A stretch of DNA of 57,359 nucleotides, taken from NCBI GenBank assembly GCA_002189035.1, contig NEEC01000192.1:1-57359 (forward strand), in the 5' to 3' direction. The stretch is from Utricularia gibba. Taxonomy: Eukaryota > Plantae > Magnoliophyta. Numbering within the stretch: the first letter of the stretch is position 1; each line of letters opens with the position of its first letter. The translations under genes were made by a program, and so were the position numbers. This document shows, piece by piece, positions 49,101 through 57,359 of this stretch. The notes under the pieces were generated by a model. That model searched no databases. It was not told the origin of the DNA and saw nothing but the letters and a program-made list of their open reading frames with translations.

Positions 49101-52100
49101 CAGAGCTTGTTCAGAGATCGCCTCGAAAACCCATACTTCACGTCACCCAATAAACGCAGATGTTTTGCAAGCGAAAATCACAATCGCGTCGATTCTCGTG
49201 TTCCGAGTCGCATCGTCGCGAACGTGGTGGCCAATTTGTGGCACATCTGAAGGCTAATATAAGGCGATAATTCGAGCTCTGATGCATCCTCGGACGAAGA
49301 TGCTTTCAACACGGAAGCTGACCGGCACGGAAAGGGTTCGAAACGGTATGCCGGGCGCAGCGTGACTCATCATTTCAGATATCGCGAAATACCGAACGGT
49401 GTGCGAGGCCACCATGAGGCTGCGGGTAGGAACACCCAGAGCTTGTTCAGAGATCGCCTCGAAAACCCATACTTCACGTCATTAAAACGCAGATGTTTTG
49501 CAAGGGAAAATCACAATCGCGTCGATTCTCGTGTTCCGAGTCGCATCGTCGCGAACGTGGTGGCCAATTTGTGGCACATCTGAAGGCTAATATAAGGCGA
49601 TAATTCGAGCTCTGATGCATCCTCGGACGAAGAAGCTTTCAACACGGAAGCTGACCGGCACGGAAAGGGGTTCGAAACGGTATGCCGGGCGCAGCGTGAC
49701 TCATCACGATTTCAGGATATCGTACCGAACGGTGTGCGAGGCCACCATGAGGCTGCGGGTAGGAACACACCCAGAGCTTGTTCAGAGATCGCCTCGAAAA
49801 CCCATACTTCACATCACCAATAAAACGCAGATGTTTTGCAAGGCGAAAATCACAATCGCGTCGATTCTCGTGTTCCGAGTCGCATCGTCGCGAACGTGGT
49901 GGCCAATTTGTGGCACATCTGAAGGCTAATATAAGGCGATAATTCGAGCTCTGATGCATCCTCGGACGAAGAAGCTTTCAACACGGAAGCTGACCGGCAC
50001 GGAAAGGGGTTCGAAACGGTATGCCGGCGCAGCGTGACTCATCACGGTTTTCAGGATATGCCGAAATACCGAACGGTGTGCGAGGCCACCATGAGGCTGC
50101 GGGTAGGACACACCCAGAGCTTGTTCAGAGATCGCCTCGAAAACCCATACTTCACGTCACCCAATAAAACGCAGATGTTTTGCAAGCCGAAAATCACAAT
50201 CGCGTCGATTCTCGTGTTCCGAGTCGCATCGTCGCGAACGTGGTGGCCAATTTGTGGCACATCTGAAGGCTAATATAAGGCGATAATTCGAGCTCTGATG
50301 CATCCTCGGACGAAGAAGCTTTCAACACGGAAGCTGACCGGCACGGAACGGGCTTCGAAACGGTATGCCGGGCGCAGCGTGACTCATCATTTCAGATATC
50401 GACGAATGCCGAACGGTGTGCGAGGCCACCATGAGGCTGCGGTAGGAACACACCAGAGCTTGTTCAGAGATCGCCTCGAAAACCCATACTTCACGTCACC
50501 CAATAAAACGCAGATGTTTTGCAAGCGAAAATCACAATCGCGTCGATTCTCGTGTTCCGAGTCGCATCGTCGCGAACGTGGTGGCCAATTTGTGGCACAT
50601 CTGAAGGCTAATATAAGGCGATAATTCGAGCTCTGATGCATCCTCGGACGAAGAAGCTTTCAACACGGAAGCTGACCGGGGAAGGGTTCGAAACGGTATG
50701 CCGGGCGCAGCGTGACTCATCACGGTTTCAGATATGCCGAAATACCGAACGTGTGCGAGGCCACCATGAGGCTGCGGGTAGGAACACACCAGAGCTTGTT
50801 CAGAGATCGCCTCGAAAACCCATACTTCACGTCATAATAAAACGCAGATGTTTGCAAGCGAAAATCACAATCGCGTCGATTCTCGTGTTCCGAGTCGCAT
50901 CGTCGCGAACGTGGTGGCCAATTTGTGGCACATCTGAAGGCTATATAAGGCGATAATTCGAGCTTGATGCATCTCGGACGAAGAAGCTTTCAACACGGAA
51001 GCTGACCGGCACGGAAAGGGGTTCGAAACGGTATGCGGGCGCAGCGTGACTCATCACGGTTTTCAGGATATGGCCGAAATACCGAACGGTGTGCGAGGCC
51101 ACCATGAGGCTGCGGGTAGGACACACCCAGAGCTTGTTCAGAGATCGCCTCGAAAACCCATACTTCACGTCATCCAATAAAACGCAGATGTTTTGCAAGC
51201 CGAAAATCACAATCGCGTCGATTCTCGTGTTCCGAGTCGCATCGTCGCGAACGTGGTGGCCAATTTGTGGCACATCTGAAGGCTAATATAAGGCGATAAT
51301 TCGAGCTTTGATGCATCCTCGGACGAAGAAGCTTTCAACACGGAAGCTGACCGGCACGGAAAGGGTTCGAAACGGTATGCCGGGCGCAGCGTGACTCATC
51401 TTTCAGATATCCGAACCGAACGGTGTGCGAGGCCACCATGAGGCTGCGGTAGGAACACACCAGAGCTTGTTCAGAGATCGCCTCGAAAACCCATACTTCA
51501 CGTCACCCAATAAAACGCAGATGTTTTGCAAGGCGAAAATCACAATCGCGTCGATTCTCGTGTTCCGAGTCGCATCGTCGCGAACGTGGTGGCCAATTTG
51601 TGGCACATCTGAAGGCTAATATAAGGCGATAATTCGAGCTCTGATGCATCCTCGGACGAAGATGCTTTCAACACGGAAGCTGACCGGCACGGAAAGGGTT
51701 CGAAACGGTATGCCGGGCAGCGTGACTCATCGATTTCAGATATGTACCGAACGGTGTGCGAGGCCACCATGAGGCTGCGGGTAGGAACACACCCAGAGCT
51801 TGTTCAGAGATCGCCTCGAAAACCCATACTTCACGTCACCCAATAAAACGCAGATGTTTTGCAAGCGAAAATCACAATCGGTCGATTCTCGTGTTCCGAG
51901 TCGCATCGTCGCGAACGTGGTGGCCAATTTGTGGCACATCTGAAGGCTAATATAAGGCGATAATTCGAGCTCTGATGCATCCTCGGACGAAGATGCTTTC
52001 AACACGGAAGCTGACCGGCACGGAAAGGGGTTCGAAACGGTATGCCGGCGCAGCGTGACTCATCGGTTTTCAGGATATGCCGAAATACCGAACGGTGTGC

Positions 52101-55100
52101 GAGGCCACCATGAGGCTGCGGTAGGGACACACCCAGAGCTTGTTCAGAGATCGCCTCGAAAACCCATACTTCACGTCATCCAATAAAACGCAGATCTTTT
52201 GCAAGCCGAAAATCACAATCGCGTCGATTCTCGTGTTCCGAAACGCATCGTCGCGAACGTGGTGGCCAATTTGTGGCACATCTGAAGGCTAAGATAAGGC
52301 GATAATTCGAGCTCTGATGCATCCTCGGACGAAGAAGCTTTCAACACGGAAGCTGACCGGCACGGAAAGGGTTCGAAACGGTATGCCGGGCGCAGCGTGA
52401 CTCATCCTTCAGATATCGACCGAAATACCGAACGGTGTGCGAGGCCACCATGAGGCTGCGGGTAGGAACACACCAGAGCTTGTTCAGAGATCGCCTCGAA
52501 AACCCATACTTCACGTCACCCAATAAAACGCAGATGTTTTGCAAGCGAAAATCACAATCGCGTCGATTCTTGTTCCGAGTCGCATCGTCGCGAACGTGGT
52601 GGCCAATTTGGCACATCTGAAGGCTAATATAAGGCGATAATTCGAGCTCTGATGCATCCTCGGACGAAGAAGCTTTCAACACGGAAGCTGACCGGCACGG
52701 AAAGGGTTCGAAACGGTATGCCGGGCGCAGCGTGACTCATCTTTTCAGGATATCGACGAATACCGAACGGTGTGCGAGGCCACCATGAGGCTGCGGTAGG
52801 GACACACCAGAGCTTGTTCAGAGATCGCCTCGAAAACCCATACTTCACGTCACCAATAAAACGCAGATGTTTTGCAAGCCGAAAATCACAATCGCGTCGA
52901 TTCTCGTGTTCCGAGTCGCATCGTCGCGAACGTGGTGGCCAATTTGTGGCACATCTGAAGGCTAATATAAGGCGATAATTCGAGCTCTGATGCATCCTCG
53001 GACGAAGAAGCTTTCAACACGGAAGCTGACCGGCACGGAACGGGTTCGAAACGGTATGCCGGGGCGCAGCGTGACTCATCCTTCAGATATGGCGAATGCC
53101 GAACGGTGTGCGAGGCCACCATGAGGCTGCGGTAGGGACACACCCAGAGCTTGTTCAGAGATCGCCTCGAAAACCCATACTTCACGTCACCCAATAAAAC
53201 GCAGATGTTTTGCAAGCCGAAAATCACAATCGCGTCGATTCTCGTGTTCCGAGTCGCATCGTCGCGAACGTGGTGGCCAATTTGTGGCACATCTGAAGGC
53301 TAATATAAGGCGATAATTCGAGCTCTGATGCATCTCGGACGAAGATGCTTTCAACACGGAAGCTGACCGGCACGGAAAGGGGTTCGAAACGGTATGCCGG
53401 CGCAGCGTGACTCATCACGGTTTTCAGGATATGCCGAAATACCGAACGGTGTGCGAGGCCACCATGAGGCTGCGGTAGGAACACCCAGAGCTTGTTCAGA
53501 GATCGCCTCGAAAACCCATACTTCACGTCACCCAATAAAACGCAGATGTTTTGCAAGCGAAAATCACAATCGCGTCGATTCTCGTGTTCCGAGTCGCATC
53601 GTCGCGAACGTGGTGGCCAATTTGTGGCACATCTGAAGGCTAATATAAGGCGATAATTCGAGCTCTGATGCATCCTCGGACGAAGATGCTTTCAACACGG
53701 AAGCTGACCGGCACGGAAAGGGTTCGAAACGGTATGCCGGGCGCAGCGTGACTCATCATTTCAGATATGACGACCGAACGGTGTGCGAGGCCACCATGAG
53801 GCTGCGGGTAGGCACACCCAGAGCTTGTTCAGAGATCGCCTCGAAAACCCATACTTCACGTCACCCAATAAAACGCAGATGTTTTGCAAGGCGAAAATCA
53901 CAATCGCGTCGATTCTGTTTCCGAGTCGCATCGTCGCGAACGTGGTGGCCAATTTGTGGCACATCTGAAGGCTAAGATAAGGCGATAATTCGAGCTTGAT
54001 GCATCCTCGGACGAAGAAGCTTTCAACACGGAAGCTGACCGGCACGGAAAGGGGTTCGAAACGGTATGCCGGCGCAGCGTTCATCCTTCAGATATCGAAA
54101 TACCGAACGGTGTGCGAGGCCACCATGAGGCTGCGGGTAGGACACACCCAGAGCTTGTTCAGAGATCGCCTCGAAAACCCATACTTCACGTCACCCAATA
54201 AAACGCAGATGTTTTGCAAGCGAAAATCACATCGCGTCGATTCTCGTGTTCCGAGTCGCATCGTCGCGAACGTGGTGGCCAATTTGTGGCACATCTGAAG
54301 GCGGCGATAATTCGAGCTTGATGCATCCTCGGACGAAGAAGCTTTCAACACGGAAGCTGACCGGCACGGAAAGGGGTTCGAAACGGTATGCCGGGCGCAG
54401 CGTGACTCATCCTTCAGGATATCGACGACCGAACGGTGTGCGAGGCCACCATGAGGCTGCGGGTAGGGACACACCCAGAGCTTGTTCAGAGATCGCCTCG
54501 AAAACCCATACTTCACGTCACCAATAAAACGCAGATGTTTTGCAAGCGAAAATCACAATCGCGTCGATTCTCGTTTCCGAGTCGCATCGTCGCGAACGTG
54601 GTGGCCAATTTGTGGCACATCTGAAGGCTAAGATAAGGCGATAATTCGAGCTCTGATGCATCCTCGGACGAAGAAGCTTTCAACACGGAAGCTGACCGGC
54701 ACGGAAAGGGTTCGAAACGGATGCCGGCGCAGCGTGACTCATCACGATATGCGAAATACCGAACGGTGTGCGAGGCCACCATGAGGCTGCGGGTAGGAGA
54801 GCTTGTTCAGAGATCGCTCGAAAACCCATACTTCACGTCATAATAAAACGCAGATGTTTTGCAAGCGAAAATCACAATCGCGTCGATTCTCGTGTTCCGA
54901 GTCGCATCGTCGCGAACGTGGTGGCCAATTTGTGGCACATCTGAAGGCTAATATAAGGCGATAATTCGAGCTCTGATGCATCCTCGGACGAAGATGCTTT
55001 CAACACGGAAGCTGACCGGCACGGAAAGGGTTCGAAACGGTATGCCGGGCGCAGCGTGACTCATCACGATTTCAGATATGACGACCGAACGGTGTGCGAG

Positions 55101-57359
55101 GCCACCATGAGGCTGCGGGTAGGAAACACACCCAGAGCTTGTTCAGAGATCGCCTCGAAAACCCATACTTCACGTCACCCAATAAAACGCAGATGTTTTG
55201 CAAGCGAAAATCACAATCGCGTCGATTCTCGTGTTCCGAGTCGCATCGTCGCGAACGTGGTGGCCAATTTGTGGCACATCTGAAGGCTAATAAGGCGATA
55301 ATTCGAGCTCTGATGCATCCTCGACGAAGAAGCTTTCAACACGGAAGCTGACCGGCACGGAAAGGGGTTCGAAACGGTATGCCGGCGCAGCGTGACTCAT
55401 CACGGTTTTCAGGATATTACCGAACGGTGTGCGAGGCCACCATGAGGCTGCGGGTAGGACACACCCAGAGCTTGTTCAGAGATCGCCTCGAAAACCCATA
55501 CTTCACGTCACCAATAAAACGCAGATGTTTTGCAAGCGAAAATCACAATCGCGTCGATTCTCGTGTTCCGAGTCATCGTCGCGAACGTGGTGGCCAATTT
55601 GTGGCACATCTGAAGGCTAAGATAAGGCGATAATTCGAGCTCTGATGCATCCTCGGACGAAGAAGCTTTCAACACGGAAGCTGACCGGCGGAAAGGGTTC
55701 GAAACGGTATGCCGGGCGCAGCGTGACTCATCACTTCAGATATCTCCGAACGGTGTGCGAGGCCACCATGAGGCTGCGGGTAGGAACACACAAGAGCTTG
55801 TTCAGAGATCGCTCGAAAACCATACTTCACGTCACCCATAAAACGCAGATGTTTTGCAAGGCGAAAATCACAATCGCGTCGATTCTCGTGTTCCGAGTCG
55901 CATCGTCGCGAACGTGGTGGCCAATTTGTGGCACATCTGAAGGCTAATATAAGGCGATAATTCGAGCTCTGATGCATCCTCGGACGAAGATGCTTTCAAC
56001 ACGGAAGCTGACCGGGGAATTCGAAACGGTATGCGGGCGCAGCGTGACTCATCATTTCAGATATGGCGAATACCGAACGGTGTGCGAGGCCACCATGAGG
56101 CTGCGGGTAGGACACACCCAGAGCTTGTTCAGAGATCGCCTCGAAAACCCATACTTCACGTCACCCAATAAAACGCAGATGTTTTGCAAGCCGAAAATCA
56201 CAATCGCGTCGATTCTCGTGTTCCGAGTCGCATCGTCGCGAACGTGGTGGCCAATTTGTGGCACATCTGAAGGCTAATATAAGGCGATAATTCGAGCTCT
56301 GATGCATCCTCGGACGAAGAAGCTTTCAACACGGAAGCTGACCGGCGGAACCGAAACGGTATGCCGGTGACTCATCATTTCAGATTGCCGAACGGTGTGC
56401 GAGGCCACCATGAGGCTGCGGTAGGACACACCAGAGCTTGTTCAGAGATCGCCTCGAAAACCCATACTTCACGTCACAATAAAACAGATGTTTTGCAAGC
56501 CGAAAATCACAATCGCGTCGATTCTCGTGTTCCGAGTCGCATCGTCGCGAACGTGGTGGCCAATTTGTGGCACATCTGAAGGCTAAGATAAGGCGATAAT
56601 TCGAGCTTGATGCATCGGACGAAGATGCTTTCAACACGGAAGCTGACCGGCACGGAAAGGGTTCGAAACGGTATGCCGGCGCAGCGTGACTCATCACGGT
56701 TTTCAGGATATCCGAAATACCGAACGGTGTGCGAGGCCACCATGAGGCTGCGGGTAGGGACACACCCAGAGCTTGTTCAGAGATCGCCTCGAAAACCCAT
56801 ACTTCACGTCACCCAATAAAACGCAGATGTTTTGCAAGGCGAAAATCACAATCGCGTCGATTCTCGTGTTTCCGAGTCGCATCGTCGCGAACGTGGTGGC
56901 CAATTTGTGGCACATCTGAAGGCTAAGATAAGGCGATAATTCGAGCTCTGATGCATCCTCGGACGAAGAAGCTTTCAACACGGAAGCTGACCGGCACGGA
57001 AAGGGTTCGAAACGGTATGCCGGGCGCAGCGTGACTCAACTTCAGATATGCGAAATGCCGAACGGTGTGCGAGGCCACCATGAGGCTGCGGGTAGGAACA
57101 CACCCAGAGCTTGTTCAGAGATCGCCTCGAAAACCCATACTTCACGTCACCAATAAAACGCAGATGTTTTGCAAGGCGAAAATCACAATCGCGTCGATTC
57201 TCGTGTTCCGAGTCGCATCGTCGCGAACGTGGTGGCCAATTTGTGGCACATCTGAAGGCTAATATAAGGCGATAATTCGAGCTCTGATGCATCCTCGGAC
57301 GAAGAAGCTTTCAACACGGAAGCTGACCGGCACGGAAAGGGGTTCGAAACGGTATGCCG
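40118..57359. repeat. Right sub-array: type-C units
   Basis: From 40,121 the dominant alleles are GCTAATATAAGG, GAGCTCTGATG (new SacI site), GCAGCGTGAC and GCTGCGGGTAGG (PstI site lost), with frequent GAAGATGC (HindIII site lost). The segment after GACTCAT is hypervariable. Confidence 0.75.

Larger units (their letters stand above)
1..57359. repeat. Tandem array (satellite-like or concatemer) of a ~346-bp monomer, about 170 head-to-tail copies, all in one orientation
   Basis: The same unit (GTCGATTCTCGTGTTCCGAG...GAAAATCACAATCGC) recurs from base 1 to the end. Identical ORF starts recur at 345-347 bp spacing (4191, 4536, 4882; 9023, 9370, 9716, 10062). I saw no inverted copy and no extended unique sequence. 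The copy number is a manual estimate. Confidence 0.98.

Noticed and set aside
184-57292. Hundreds of 60-320 aa ORFs in the supplied track
   Set aside because: All are translations of the same monomer in six frames, fused or split by indels. They have no recognisable domains and overlap on both strands.
1-57359. CRISPR array
   Set aside because: There are no unique spacers; the entire 346-bp unit repeats and no cas genes are present.

Overview
The whole 57,359-bp window is one head-to-tail, single-orientation tandem array of a ~346-bp monomer (about 170 full and partial copies by manual count; ~52% GC). It has no unique flanking sequence and no gene, RNA gene or mobile element I can recognise. 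A clean consensus copy lies at 9279-9624, and the ORF track is just this monomer read in six frames, joined or broken by indels. The array is not uniform. (i) The left ~40 kb is mostly unit type A with an irregularly interspersed, linked variant type B. (ii) At ~40,120 it switches abruptly to a third type, C, with several linked substitutions, a hypervariable ~35-bp zone and shrinking unit length. (iii) A scrambled block at ~28.5-31.6 kb interleaves pieces of the monomer and looks like off-register consensus building. The main readings are a satellite DNA array with sub-array structure, or a rolling-circle-type concatemer of a viroid-sized (346-nt) circle. The block-wise haplotype switch favours a real multi-copy array or mixed templates over copying of one circle. 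The monomer carries a Pol III B-box-like motif, several hairpins, bZIP-type motifs and a 71-aa ORF; all are unproven. I could not assign the monomer to a known family or organism.
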